Shown: positions 40,998 through 50,917, numbered from the stretch's first letter. The stretch: 64,000 nucleotides of DNA from a bacterium (GCA_963674965.2 CAXXFL010000006.1:1056001-1120000), one strand, 5' to 3'. The notes: generated by a model not told the origin, from the sequence alone. A program made the numbers and translations.

Positions 40998-41555
40998 ATG
41001 GCGGAAGAAAAGGTCCTTTACAAGGGCGGCATGTGGAAATTCGAGGGCGCGGCCCTGGTTTACGAGACCCCCATGGTGGCGGCCCTGGTGGCCCTGGCGG
41101 CGGCCGCTTTTATCTGGTTTCGATACTTCTATCTGCCTTTCCATGAAATCCCGGCCGACTTCAACGTTTACGTCTGGGCCGTCCTTAGCGCGGCCTGGCT
41201 TTTCTATCTTTTTTACAGCCTCAGCTATTACCCGAGAAAGGTTACCGTTTTTCCAGACGGCCTCAGGTTCGACATGCTCTTCAGCCATCGCGTCGTCAAG
41301 TCCGATAAAATCGAGTACATGCGGGCGATCGACGAGAAGCGGGCCGCCTCGACCTTGTTCAATCCTTATTACCGCAGCTTGACTCCATCTCTAGGGGGGG
41401 CCGTGCTTATAAAGTTTAAATCAGGCCGTCCGTGGGTTTTCAGTCCCGAGGACCCGGAGGCTTTTCTCGCGGCGGCTTCCACCTTCGCTGAAATCCTTCC
41501 CCCCGCCGTCTCCGAGGATGCCAGGCCCGAGCCCGGCGGCGAGTCGGCGGACTGA
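40998..41555 (+). CDS. Membrane protein with possible bacterial PH domain
   Basis: Two TM helices followed by a beta-rich region ending FSPEDPEAF. Confidence 0.65.
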   Translation: MAEEKVLYKGGMWKFEGAALVYETPMVAALVALAAAAFIWFRYFYLPFHEIPADFNVYVWAVLSAAWLFYLFYSLSYYPRKVTVFPDGLRFDMLFSHRVVKSDKIEYMRAIDEKRAASTLFNPYYRSLTPSLGGAVLIKFKSGRPWVFSPEDPEAFLAAASTFAEILPPAVSEDARPEPGGESAD

Positions 41556-41711
41556 AAACACGGTCTTTGCCGGGCCTTCGGTGCTATCATGTAAAGGCAG
41601 TGGCGAATTCGGGTTGTCAACCGTCGAATAATGCGATTTAATTAACGGGAAGTGCAGATATCTCATCCGGGGACCGCGTCAATTTAAATTGCCGAAAGGT
41701 GGTACCTATTA

Positions 41712-43382
41712 ATGAGTAAGGAAAAGTCGGAAACCGGCTCCAAGGCAAAGTGGGAGGATGACGTATTAACTCCCTTCCTTAACAAGAGCCCCGAGCGCAA
41801 AAAGCGCTTTCAAACCGTAAGCGGCAGGGAGATCGAGCGCCTGGCCTCGGCCGAGGACTTAAACGGTTTCGATCCTGAAAAGGAACTCGCCTTCCCCGGC
41901 GTCTACCCCTACACCCGAGGCGTTTACCCCTCCATGTACAGGGGACGGCTCTGGACCATGAGACAGTTCGCCGGGTTCGGCACGGCCAAGGAAAGCAACG
42001 AGCGCTTCCATTACCTGATGAAGCAGGGCGTGACCGGCCTGTCGGTGGCTTTCCATATGCCCACCATAATGGGACGGGACTCGGACCATCCCCGCTCTCT
42101 GGGTGAAGTGGGCAAGGTGGGAGTGGCCATCGACACCCTGTCGGACATGGAGACCCTGTTCGACGGCATCCCCCTTGACAAGGTCACCACCTCGATGACC
42201 ATCAACGCCCCGGCCTCGATCCTCCTGTCCATGTACATCGCCGTGGCCGAGAAGCAGGGCGTGCCCACCGACAAGATCGGGGGCACCATCCAGAACGACA
42301 TCCTCAAGGAATACATCGCCCAGAAGTCATGGATTTTCCCGCCCCGGCCCTCGCTCCGGATCATCACCGACGTGCTCTCCTATTGCGCCGGGCGCGTGCC
42401 CAAGTGGAACACCATCTCCATCTCCGGATACCACATCAGGGAGGCGGGAAGCACGGCCGTGCAGGAGCTGGCCTTTACCATCGCCGACGGCATCGGCTAC
42501 GTCCAGGCCGGCGTCGAGGCGGGCATGGACGTGGACGACTTCGCGCCCCGGCTGTCGTTCTTCTTCAACGCCCACAACGACTTCTTCGAGGAGGTGGCCA
42601 AGTACCGGGCCGCCCGCCGCATGTGGGCCCGGATCATGAGGGAACGTTTCAAGGCGAAGAAGCCCTCGAGCTGGAAGCTTCGTTTCCACACCCAGACGGC
42701 GGGATGTTCCCTTACCGCCCAGCAGGCGCAGAACAACATTATAAGGACCACCATCCAGGCCCTGGCGGCGGTGATGGGCGGCACTCAAAGCCTTCACACG
42801 AACTCGATGGACGAGACCCTTTCCCTTCCCACGGAGGAGGCCGTGACCATCGCCCTTCGCACGCAGCAGATCATAGCCGAGGAATCGGGCGTGGCCGACG
42901 CCATCGACCCTCTCGGCGGCAGCTACTTCGTCGAGAAGCTGACGAGCGATATGGAGGCCGAGGCCATGGAGTACATCGACCGCATCGACGAGATGGGCGG
43001 CATCGTCTCGGCCATCGAGAAGAGCTTTCCCCAGCGGGAGATCAACGACGCGGCTTACCGCTACCAGTGCGAGGTGGACGGCCACGAGCAAATTATCGTG
43101 GGCCTTAACAAGTACGACACCGAGGACTATCCACCCATTCCCACCTTGAAAATTGGGCCCGAGGTCGAAAAGGAACAGGTGGCGAGCCTGAAAAAGGTCA
43201 AGGCCGAACGCGACAAGGCCAAATGGGCCGAGAGCCTGGAAAATCTCGAGAAAGCCTCCCTCGGGAAGGACAACCTGGTACCCTTTGTCCTCGAGGCCGT
43301 AAAGGCCTACGCCTCGGTCGGAGAGATTTGCGACGTCTGGAGAAAAACCTTCGGCGAGTACAAGGCCCCCGCGGATTTTTAG
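41712..43382 (+). CDS. icmA: Acyl-CoA mutase large subunit, isobutyryl-CoA mutase type
   Basis: Mutase TIM-barrel motifs; WTMRQFAGF and KEYIAQK specificity residues; no B12-binding domain. Confidence 0.82.
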   Translation: MSKEKSETGSKAKWEDDVLTPFLNKSPERKKRFQTVSGREIERLASAEDLNGFDPEKELAFPGVYPYTRGVYPSMYRGRLWTMRQFAGFGTAKESNERFHYLMKQGVTGLSVAFHMPTIMGRDSDHPRSLGEVGKVGVAIDTLSDMETLFDGIPLDKVTTSMTINAPASILLSMYIAVAEKQGVPTDKIGGTIQNDILKEYIAQKSWIFPPRPSLRIITDVLSYCAGRVPKWNTISISGYHIREAGSTAVQELAFTIADGIGYVQAGVEAGMDVDDFAPRLSFFFNAHNDFFEEVAKYRAARRMWARIMRERFKAKKPSSWKLRFHTQTAGCSLTAQQAQNNIIRTTIQALAAVMGGTQSLHTNSMDETLSLPTEEAVTIALRTQQIIAEESGVADAIDPLGGSYFVEKLTSDMEAEAMEYIDRIDEMGGIVSAIEKSFPQREINDAAYRYQCEVDGHEQIIVGLNKYDTEDYPPIPTLKIGPEVEKEQVASLKKVKAERDKAKWAESLENLEKASLGKDNLVPFVLEAVKAYASVGEICDVWRKTFGEYKAPADF

Positions 43383-43418
43383 ACTGTATCAGGCGGGCCG
43401 GATTATTCGATTTGGCCA

Positions 43419-43450
43419 AAACCGCGGGCGTCCCGCGGCGCGGGATGGGT
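43419..43450 (+). repeat. 32-bp hairpin direct repeat, copy 1
   Basis: AAACCGCGGGCGTCCCGCGGCGCGGGATGGGT; 28/32 identical to 44308-44339. Confidence 0.75.
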
Positions 43451-43487
43451 CGAGAAGCGCGGCTGTCGGTAGGACGGAGCGGTAGCA

Positions 43488-43590
43488 GGCTGAGTATTGC
43501 TATTTTCTAAATCAAGCGAGGATTGTTGTTTTCAGTTACGCCACTTGCAAAAGGGCCTTTCAATGCGATTGGCGTCAGAAGCTTCCAGCC
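43488..43590 (+). repeat. Dispersed repeat family, copy B (left/middle part)
   Basis: Shares 29/30 nt with copy A and GCGATTGGCGTCAGAAG with copy C. Confidence 0.75.
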
Positions 43591-43609
43591 GGCACAAAAT
43601 GGGGAAAAC

Positions 43610-44278
43610 ATGAAAAGATTTATGCTCGCTATTCTAATATCGAGTCTTGCGATATTGCCATCGTGCAAGGATTTTGAGGGAGGAACTTCGAAATCGATGC
43701 AGGAGGATTTTGATAAGATCAGGCTTGATCATGTATTAATCATTGACGCCCTGGTCAAGGAATATAAAGCTAAGACTGGTAAGTACCCTTTTGAAGGTAA
43801 ATACGAACAACTGCCCGTTGCCGTTGTTATAGAGTCTGAAGCCCAAAAGGAATCCCACAAAGGGAATGTGCCTCTTTTTATTGATTTGAGTACAAGAGCG
43901 GTTGATGGAGATATTCCACCTCAACCCAAACGAATCGAAACGATCACAATCCAGGAGCTTAATGAGGAATTATCAAGTGGTCTTCAGAAAGATGTAACAT
44001 TACCCGTAGACCCCCAGAAAGTGCCCGTTAACAAACCCTCCGTTTACGTGTACACCTTTTATTTAGGCGTATATGACATTACGGCCTTCTTACATAACGA
44101 GTTCGCATTTGCGCGCCCATTGAACGAGTTCAACAACAAGATCACGGTTGGAAACCGCTCTCATCCCGAATCCGGCATTTGGACGGCGGAGGATTTAATC
44201 GCGCTTGAAGAGTTCAGGACCTTTTTTCAAGCTCCGTTTAATAAGCCCGGATACGTTATCAAGACGGCAATTGAATGA
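43610..44278 (+). CDS. AT-rich lipoprotein, hypothetical (likely horizontally acquired)
   Basis: MKRF signal peptide with LPSC lipobox; many A/T-ending codons unlike its neighbours. Confidence 0.78.
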   Translation: MKRFMLAILISSLAILPSCKDFEGGTSKSMQEDFDKIRLDHVLIIDALVKEYKAKTGKYPFEGKYEQLPVAVVIESEAQKESHKGNVPLFIDLSTRAVDGDIPPQPKRIETITIQELNEELSSGLQKDVTLPVDPQKVPVNKPSVYVYTFYLGVYDITAFLHNEFAFARPLNEFNNKITVGNRSHPESGIWTAEDLIALEEFRTFFQAPFNKPGYVIKTAIE

Positions 44279-44307
44279 TTCGGCGGGTGACCCGTCCGTT
44301 TTCGAAG

Positions 44308-44339
44308 AAACCGCGCGGGTCCCGCGTAGCGGGATGGGT
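44308..44339 (+). repeat. 32-bp hairpin direct repeat, copy 2
   Basis: AAACCGCGCGGGTCCCGCGTAGCGGGATGGGT with TCCCGC/GCGGGA stem. Confidence 0.75.
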
Positions 44340-44441
44340 ACAGCGCCACGCGAATCGACGAGTCGAATTCGAGGCCAAGAATTTTCCTTCCGCCACGCCT
44401 TATGCTAATTTGTATCTTGCAACCTCGACCCCGATACAATC

Positions 44442-44671
44442 ATGCGGATCGAGACGAAAAGACTGATTCTTCGCGAGTACGTGGAGAGCGACTGGGAGGC
44501 CGTTCATCTTTACGCGCCCATACCAGGCTTTTCCAGGTTCGAGGAATGGGGACCCAACTCGGTCCAGGACACGAAGGATTTCATCGCCCGGGCCATGGAA
44601 AACAACGGCCGCGCTCCCCGTCTGCAATACGAATTGGCGGTGATCCTGCAAGGCGACGGCCGGCTTATCGG
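44442..44671 (+). pseudogene. Truncated RimJ/RimL-type GNAT acetyltransferase
   Basis: IETKRLILRE...DWEAVH...YELAVIL..DGRLIGG, then GNAT likeness ends where repeat copy D begins. Confidence 0.75.
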
Positions 44672-44722
44672 CGGCGTCGCCGCCCACGCAATATTGAAGA
44701 CAATATCGCGATGGGCCACCCC
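44672..44722 (+). repeat. Dispersed repeat family, copy D (right-end hairpin)
   Basis: CGGCGTCGCCGCCCACGCAATATTGAAGACAATATCGCG matches 53645-53683 at 36/39. Confidence 0.8.
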
Positions 44723-44783
44723 GCGTACGGGCCGAGGGGAAAAAAACATCACGCCGCCCCGGCCTCCCGGAAAATTATCTACT

Positions 44784-44969
44784 TCAGCTTACCAGGATAG
44801 CCAGGGCGCCGTGGACGACGGCCCCTATTACGAGGGCTATGCCGGTGGATTTATGGACCTTGATGGGGACCTTGATCCAGTGCATGCCGCTCGATAGCTG
44901 GAACAGGGCCAGGAGGAGGTTGATGATCCCCAGGATGAGTATGATGGACACGCCGGCGATTGACATCAC
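44784..44969 (-). CDS. Small two-TM His-containing membrane protein
   Basis: 61 aa, overlaps the upstream stop; His residues in HKSTG and VHG. Confidence 0.7.
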   Translation of the reverse strand: MMSIAGVSIILILGIINLLLALFQLSSGMHWIKVPIKVHKSTGIALVIGAVVHGALAILVS

Positions 44970-45349
44970 GAGCCTGCCTGGTCCAACTCGACCGTCGCCT
45001 TGGCCGGGCCCTCGCTCCCGTGCACGTTGCAGTTGCCCTCCGCCTCGAGTTCGAGTTTTTCCTCGACTTTCAGCTTGTACTCGAGGGTGAACTTTTCATC
45101 CTCAGGGCGCGACGTGGACGAGTACTCCCATTTCTTGACCTCTTTGCCGTTAACCTTGAGGACCACCCAGTTGGTGTGATGGAGCATGCCGTTACCGTGG
45201 TGCGAGACGTTGATCCTGACCGTGATCTCCTCTCCCGCCTTGGCCTTTTTGGGGGCCTCGATCTCGACCTTGGTCTTGTCCGCCCGGGCCGCGGGGGCCA
45301 GCGCCAGTAAAACGATCAAAACGGCCGAATAATAAAAAGGTCTTCTCAT
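44966..45349 (-). CDS. Exported desulfoferrodoxin/superoxide-reductase-like domain protein
   Basis: Signal peptide; SHHG...HHTNW and CNVHG motifs. Confidence 0.75.
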   Translation of the reverse strand: MRRPFYYSAVLIVLLALAPAARADKTKVEIEAPKKAKAGEEITVRINVSHHGNGMLHHTNWVVLKVNGKEVKKWEYSSTSRPEDEKFTLEYKLKVEEKLELEAEGNCNVHGSEGPAKATVELDQAGS

Positions 45350-45517
45350 GTTCTTTTCTCCCTTCAAGCCGGCCCGCGGGCCGGTCCCGGCCGGTAAGCG
45401 GCCCTGGTTTGTTTTTTCTCTTGGCGAATAATAATGAAGATAACGTGCATTTCCTTTTTTGCGAGTCAGCGGTCACGGCGAAATTACTCGACCGGGTTGT
45501 TATTTATCTCGCTCGGC

Positions 45518-48244
45518 TTAAAGATGGCAGGCGAAGGAATGATCGCCCGATCCGACCTCGTGGACTTTGCCTTCCCCGCCCGGCATTATCACCTTAGCCG
45601 AGGCGTTGGCGGGTATGGTCGCGTCGAGCTTGAAAAGTCCCTCCTCCACTCTCCAGTGGACCGATATGCGGCCCCTGATCGAGTCGTAATGGGCCCTGAC
45701 CCAGGTCAGGTCTCCACCGGGACGGGGCTGAATCAGAATCTTTTTGTAGGCCGGTCCGTCAGTATCGATTCCAGCCATGGAGCCCAGCATCCACTCCCCC
45801 ACCGAGCCATAGGCGTAATGGTTGAAGGAGTTCATGGACACGGGCCCGAAGCCTTTCTCGATGGTGTAGCTGTTCCAGCGCTCCCATACGGTGGTGGCCC
45901 CCTGGTCGATGGAATAGCCCCATGACGGGTAGCGCCGGTTGGTAAGAAGCTGGTATGCCAGGTCCGTTCGCCCCATTTCGGTCAGCACGGGGAGGAGCAT
46001 CTTGAGCCCGAGAAAGCCGGTGGACAAAAGGCCGCCATTTTCCTCGATTTTATCGGCCAGCCGTTTTTCCGCCAGAGGCCTTATTTCATCGGGCAGGAGA
46101 TCGAAGCCCAGGGCCAGAAGATACGCGGTCTGGGAGTCGCCTTGTACCTTTCCGCCCGCGTCCACGAAGGTCCTGGCAAACGCGGCGGCTATGTCCTCGA
46201 ACCTTTTTACGTACACAGCCTCGTCCTCGGGCTTGTCCAGGGCCTTGGCTATCCGGGCCATGAGAGTGCAGTCATAGGCGTGATAGGCGGTGGCCACCAC
46301 CCTCAGGGGAGTGGGATCGTCGATGTTCAGCCAGTCGCCGTATATCCCCAGGGGCGGGCTGATATTGTTTTTGCTCCGGCGCTTCATGAACTCCATGAAG
46401 TCGGCCATGGCCGTGTAATTTTTTTCCAGGACGCGAAGGTCGCCGTAAACGAGGTACATGTTGTAAGGGCATATAACGCCGGCGTCTCCCCACCCGGCCG
46501 CGGCCCCGGGCAGGACGTTGGGGGCCACGTCGGGGAAACGGCCCTTTTCATCCTGGCCATCCGAAAGGTCCACCAGCCACTTGGTGAAGAAGGGGGCCAC
46601 GTCCATGTTGTAGGTGGCCGTTCGCATGAAGACCTGGGCGTCTCCGGTCCAGCCCAGTCTCTCGTCGCGCTGGGGGCAGTCCGTGGGGACCTCGAAGTAA
46701 TTCGAGCGCTGGCCCCAGGTGATGTTCGAGTAAAGCTTGTTGACCAGTGGGTTGGACGTCTCGAGACTCCCCGCGATCGCGAGGTCGGAGTGGGCCACCA
46801 CGCCGGTTATGGCGTCCAGGCCCGGCTCGCCGGGGTATCCTTCCAACTCGACGTACTGGAATCCGTGATAAGTGAAGCGAGGCTCCCAAATCTCCTCCTG
46901 GCCTCCCTTCAGAACGTAAACGTCGGTGGCCCGCGCCGTGCGCAGGTTGGCCGTGTAAACGGTCCCGTCCTCGTTTCGCATCTCGCCGAAGCGCATGACC
47001 ACCTTGTCTCCCGCGGACCCGGTTACCTTAAGGCGCGCCCATCCCGCGAAGTTCTGGCCCATGTCGAACACGAACAACCCGGGCCGGGGTTCGGTCACGG
47101 AGATGGGACATATCTCCATGGTCCTTCTTACCGGAACGCCCGGGTATGACTCGACCTTAATCCCGACCCGGGAGGTTACTTCCACACCCTCCCAGTCATG
47201 GTCGTCGTAGCCGACCATGTCCCAGCCGGGGGTCTCCCGCCGCGCGTCATAGTGCTCGCCGTACTGGACGTCCGCCTCGAGGATGGGACCGCGGGAAGCG
47301 CGCCACGACTCGTCGGTGACGATAACATCCGCCGATCCATCCTCGTATTCCAGCGTCAGCCGGGCGTAAAAGCGCGTCTTGTCGCCGTAATATCTCTGGC
47401 CCTTGAGGCCGATGTTTCCCGCGTACCAGCCGTCGGAGAGGATGGCGCCGACGGCGTTGGGCCCGTCCTCATCGATCAGGTCCGTAACGTCGTAGGTCTG
47501 GTAATAGACGCGCTCTTTATAGTCGCTCCAACCGGGCGTGAAGTAATCGTCGCCCACTTTCCTCCCGTTAAGATGAAGTTCATAAACGCCCAGGGCCGTC
47601 GCGTGTATGAAGGCGTTTTTCAGCCCGCCTCGCGCGTTGAATTCCTTTCTCAGGAAGGGAGGAGGAAGATAGGTCTTTACCGCGCCCGGTAAGAACAGTT
47701 TTTGCATCCCCTTCGGTCCGGGCGTCTTGATTTTCAGGTCCCAGGCCAGGGGCGGGGGGATATGAAAGTAAAGGTCTCTGATCTCAAGGACCGGCGCGTC
47801 CTTTCCAATCCATTTAGCGTCCCACTCCCGGCCCATCATGCCCATGCTCCAGATGGCCGGTTCGCTCCAGCCCGAGGCGGAGCCGCTTTTGTCCCAGACC
47901 ATGACCTTCCAATAGCATCTCTCGCCCGCGCCGAGAGGCTTGCCCTCATAGGGGACCTGGATGGTCTCGTCGCTCTCGACCCTGCCCGTGTCCCAAAGGT
48001 CGCCAGAGTCGCGGTCCAGGTCCTCCCGGCTCGAGGCCGTAAGGATACGATACGCGCTCTGGTACTGGCCCGGCTGGTCCGAGGTCACTATCCAGTCAAG
48101 ACGCGGAGTCGGCTCGTCAACGCCAAGGGGATTCACCCGGTACTCACAGCGGAGCCGCTCGGGAGAAAGTCCTCCCGCCATGGAGATAGCGGGCAGCACG
48201 AGCAGCATGGTTAGAATCATAAGCCTTGAGATATGCCGGTTCAT
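45518..48244 (-). CDS. Alpha-L-rhamnosidase, GH78
   Basis: LRCEY..NPLG, DMGQNFAGW, FTYHGFQY, PTDCPQRDERLGWTGD, ATTVWERW, SFNHYAYG. Confidence 0.95.
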   Translation of the reverse strand: MNRHISRLMILTMLLVLPAISMAGGLSPERLRCEYRVNPLGVDEPTPRLDWIVTSDQPGQYQSAYRILTASSREDLDRDSGDLWDTGRVESDETIQVPYEGKPLGAGERCYWKVMVWDKSGSASGWSEPAIWSMGMMGREWDAKWIGKDAPVLEIRDLYFHIPPPLAWDLKIKTPGPKGMQKLFLPGAVKTYLPPPFLRKEFNARGGLKNAFIHATALGVYELHLNGRKVGDDYFTPGWSDYKERVYYQTYDVTDLIDEDGPNAVGAILSDGWYAGNIGLKGQRYYGDKTRFYARLTLEYEDGSADVIVTDESWRASRGPILEADVQYGEHYDARRETPGWDMVGYDDHDWEGVEVTSRVGIKVESYPGVPVRRTMEICPISVTEPRPGLFVFDMGQNFAGWARLKVTGSAGDKVVMRFGEMRNEDGTVYTANLRTARATDVYVLKGGQEEIWEPRFTYHGFQYVELEGYPGEPGLDAITGVVAHSDLAIAGSLETSNPLVNKLYSNITWGQRSNYFEVPTDCPQRDERLGWTGDAQVFMRTATYNMDVAPFFTKWLVDLSDGQDEKGRFPDVAPNVLPGAAAGWGDAGVICPYNMYLVYGDLRVLEKNYTAMADFMEFMKRRSKNNISPPLGIYGDWLNIDDPTPLRVVATAYHAYDCTLMARIAKALDKPEDEAVYVKRFEDIAAAFARTFVDAGGKVQGDSQTAYLLALGFDLLPDEIRPLAEKRLADKIEENGGLLSTGFLGLKMLLPVLTEMGRTDLAYQLLTNRRYPSWGYSIDQGATTVWERWNSYTIEKGFGPVSMNSFNHYAYGSVGEWMLGSMAGIDTDGPAYKKILIQPRPGGDLTWVRAHYDSIRGRISVHWRVEEGLFKLDATIPANASAKVIMPGGEGKVHEVGSGDHSFACHL

Positions 48245-48375
48245 TGTCTTGTTTCTCCTATTCATCAAAGCCCGCCGGATTCATGAAGCACGATCGGCCG
48301 GCCGGCGATCATTCTATCTCGTAAAGGACTATGAAGACAATTATATTGAAAAGACAAGTGATCGAAAAACGTAAA

Positions 48376-48452
48376 TGGCGCGCCCGGCAGGATTCGAACC
48401 TGCGACCTGCGGATTAGAAGTCCGCTGCTCTATCCAGCTGAGCTACGGGCGC
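48376..48452 (-). tRNA. tRNA-Arg(TCT)
   Basis: GCGCCCGTAGCTCAGCTGGATAGAGC, anticodon loop CTTCTAA, GTTCGAATC, CCA end. Confidence 0.97.
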
Positions 48453-48623
48453 TTGGGGAGGCGGTCGAGCCGGACCGTTTAAGAGATCAGGAATAACGAT
48501 AATATCACGGAGGCGCCTTACAAACAATCTTTCTCGACGGAGGCAAGGGCGCGGATGCCAGGGATGGGCGGCCAATTACTCCCTTAAATTTTGGGTTCGG
48601 CGGGGTCTTGGAGGGCCTCGCGG

Positions 48624-49436
48624 TCATGAGAGGTCCACCAGTTCGGAAATCCTTTGGATTCTTCCGTCCACGAACGCGTCGTCCTCGATAATCAGTTCGA
48701 TGGCGGAGTTGGGGCAGGCTTCCACGCACCTGCCGCAGCCCCGACATTGCTCGCTTATATGAGCCTTGCCGTCCTTGAGGCTGATGGCCTCCACGAAGCA
48801 GGAGTCGATACAATCCCCGCAGCCTATGCATTCCCCTCCCACCTCGAGGCGGACGCCGGGGAGCCTGGTGACCTTGGAGCTTATTTCGGGGGCCAGGTGG
48901 GGTATGGCCCTCCACAGGCAGCAGCAGGGGCAGCAGCTGCATATGGTGAGAAGACGCTCCTTGGGCCCTATGCCCAGCCAGACCGTATCGAGCTTGTTGC
49001 GGCCGATCACGTTGACCAGTCCCGCTTCCCGGCATTTTTCGGCGTGGCGGTGGGCCTCTTCCCTGGTGACTGGTCTTCCCAGCTTGGGGTTGATCCTGGA
49101 GGCGGCCGAGCCCAGGAAGAGGCACCCGAGGTCGATGGGATAATCCTTACAGTGGGAGGCGTCGCGGCAGATGCATTTATCCATAATCCAGTGGCAGCGG
49201 GCCTGATCGATAAAATGATGCACGATCCTTGAAGGTAGGACTATCTCCTCGATACCCTCCACCTCGCGGTCCACCTTAATCACCGCGTCCCGGGGCAGAT
49301 AGGTCATGTCGTCGCCGTCGAACAGGGCCTTCTCCGCGATCTTTCCCATCACCGGAAATCCGGTGGTTTTCGCGATGGGAATGAGAAGATGAAAAGTCCT
49401 CTTAATCAGCTCGACCAGTAACGTCGGCATGGCCAT
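48624..49436 (-). CDS. 4Fe-4S ferredoxin-domain protein
   Basis: CICR, ICSCCPCCC, CIGCGDCIDSC, CRGCGRCVEACP. Confidence 0.9.
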   Translation of the reverse strand: MAMPTLLVELIKRTFHLLIPIAKTTGFPVMGKIAEKALFDGDDMTYLPRDAVIKVDREVEGIEEIVLPSRIVHHFIDQARCHWIMDKCICRDASHCKDYPIDLGCLFLGSAASRINPKLGRPVTREEAHRHAEKCREAGLVNVIGRNKLDTVWLGIGPKERLLTICSCCPCCCLWRAIPHLAPEISSKVTRLPGVRLEVGGECIGCGDCIDSCFVEAISLKDGKAHISEQCRGCGRCVEACPNSAIELIIEDDAFVDGRIQRISELVDLS

Positions 49437-49462
49437 GATTATTTCTCCGTTTGTCCCGATGG

Positions 49463-50623
49463 CTACTCGTCAACCCTTTTCCAGGACGGGTCCCGGCCCT
49501 GGCAGGTCTTAAGCTCATCCAGGTAGATGAGCCGGTAGACCCGGCGGAATTCCTTGCATACGCCGCAGGCCTGGCAGGCGAATTGTTCCTTGTTCTTCTC
49601 CATTTCCTTTTTTTCCCACTCCTCGATCCATTTGGTGAACTCAGGTCCCGGCTTTACCTCGGGTTTCGAGGTTTCCTTGAGAAACGTGGGCCCCGGGGGC
49701 GCGGGTTTTCCCTCCTCGGCCGTGACCACCTTGGGCTTTAACGGCTCGGGTCCCGGCATGGCCTTATTGGCCGCGTTCTCGCATTGTCCCACCACCGTGC
49801 TCTTTCCGATCCACACGGTGGGCCGGTTCGGGTCGGCGGAGGCCGGGTCCTCCGGCAGGGCCTTGCACTGGTTGGAGGCGCAGGTCAGGGTCTTGCCTGG
49901 GGGGACCGTTTCGTGTAGACACTTCAGCTCGCAGGACTCCTCGTCGGGATTGGCCATGTGCAGGCCCTTGAAGTTGTCCCGCCTGTAGAGCTTGCTCATG
50001 GGCCTGGTCTGGCAGCAAACGTACCAGAAGCAGTCATCGTCCGACTCGCAGTAAAGAGGGTCGCTCACGGTCTCGCGGCCAAAGTCCGGCTGAAGGTGAG
50101 GGCACTGGTTGTGATGGGGGCACTCGGATTTTGCGGCCGTCTCTTGAGGTTTCCCCTGAGAGCAGTTTTTACATCCGCCCTTATGTGGGCATTCATGGCC
50201 GCCTTGGGCCCGCGCCGCGCCATGTCCGCCGGAGTGAGGGCAGCCCTCATCAGCGCTGGAAGTCGTCGCCGATCCGGCGGGATCGGCCGGCTTGTCGGCG
50301 GGGATTTCCTTGCCCGGTTTGAAGTCGGGGTCGGCCTCATAAACCTTGCCTTTGTCGTCCACCAGGTACCGGGCGAAGACTTCCTTGTTTATACAACCCG
50401 CCGGGCAATCGCCCCAGCCGCGCCAGTAAGAGATGCGCCATTCCTTTTTGTCCCGGTCGTAGTCGCAGTTGACGCCGGACTTGGCCCCGATAGTGGGGGA
50501 CTCGAGGCAGGCCGGAAAAACCCTCTTGACCACTTCCTTGTTGGCCTCCTCGGCCAAGGCGGTAAGCGCGAACGCGAAAGCAATGGACAGAGCCAGGCCG
50601 AGAGCCGCGGCAAATTTCTTCAT
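49463..50623 (-). CDS. Secreted Cys/His-rich hypothetical protein
   Basis: GGAGG RBS, MKKF signal peptide; GWGDCPAGC; four CPH motifs. Confidence 0.75.
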   Translation of the reverse strand: MKKFAAALGLALSIAFAFALTALAEEANKEVVKRVFPACLESPTIGAKSGVNCDYDRDKKEWRISYWRGWGDCPAGCINKEVFARYLVDDKGKVYEADPDFKPGKEIPADKPADPAGSATTSSADEGCPHSGGHGAARAQGGHECPHKGGCKNCSQGKPQETAAKSECPHHNQCPHLQPDFGRETVSDPLYCESDDDCFWYVCCQTRPMSKLYRRDNFKGLHMANPDEESCELKCLHETVPPGKTLTCASNQCKALPEDPASADPNRPTVWIGKSTVVGQCENAANKAMPGPEPLKPKVVTAEEGKPAPPGPTFLKETSKPEVKPGPEFTKWIEEWEKKEMEKNKEQFACQACGVCKEFRRVYRLIYLDELKTCQGRDPSWKRVDE

Positions 50624-50872
50624 ATTACTTTCCTCCCGAGAAACGATCTTATTACGATGATGATAGCGCAAAGATCGGAGGTTGTAACCAATACCCCGAC
50701 CGTCTTCCAACATCCGCCTGCTTATTTGGCCCGCCATGGCTTTCCGTCATTACGGAGCGATGAGAAATTACAAGCGGGCGGTCCGCGTGCTTACCCATGA
50801 CCCGACAAAAAAGGGCGGTCAGAGCACTGGAGGTTTTTGCTTGCTGGCTTAAGGTTTAGCCCATTTTACGCG

Positions 50873-50898
50873 AAAAGGGCGCGGCTTGCCGCGCCCTT
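50873..50898 (-). terminator. Intrinsic terminator
   Basis: AAAAGGGCGCGGC-TT-GCCGCGCCCTT. Confidence 0.75.
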
Positions 50899-50917
50899 GG
50901 AACCAGGTTGAATGACT

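Noticed and set aside
41556-41711. Cobalamin riboswitch upstream of the mutase
   Set aside because: Region is short and no convincing B12-box architecture was recognised
43383-44722. Canonical integron cassette array
   Set aside because: No integrase in the window and no RYYYAAC...GTTRRRY attC pairs found by eye
48290-48375. Island integrated at tRNA-Arg
   Set aside because: No duplicated tRNA 3' end or integrase seen, and the adjacent gene has host-like composition
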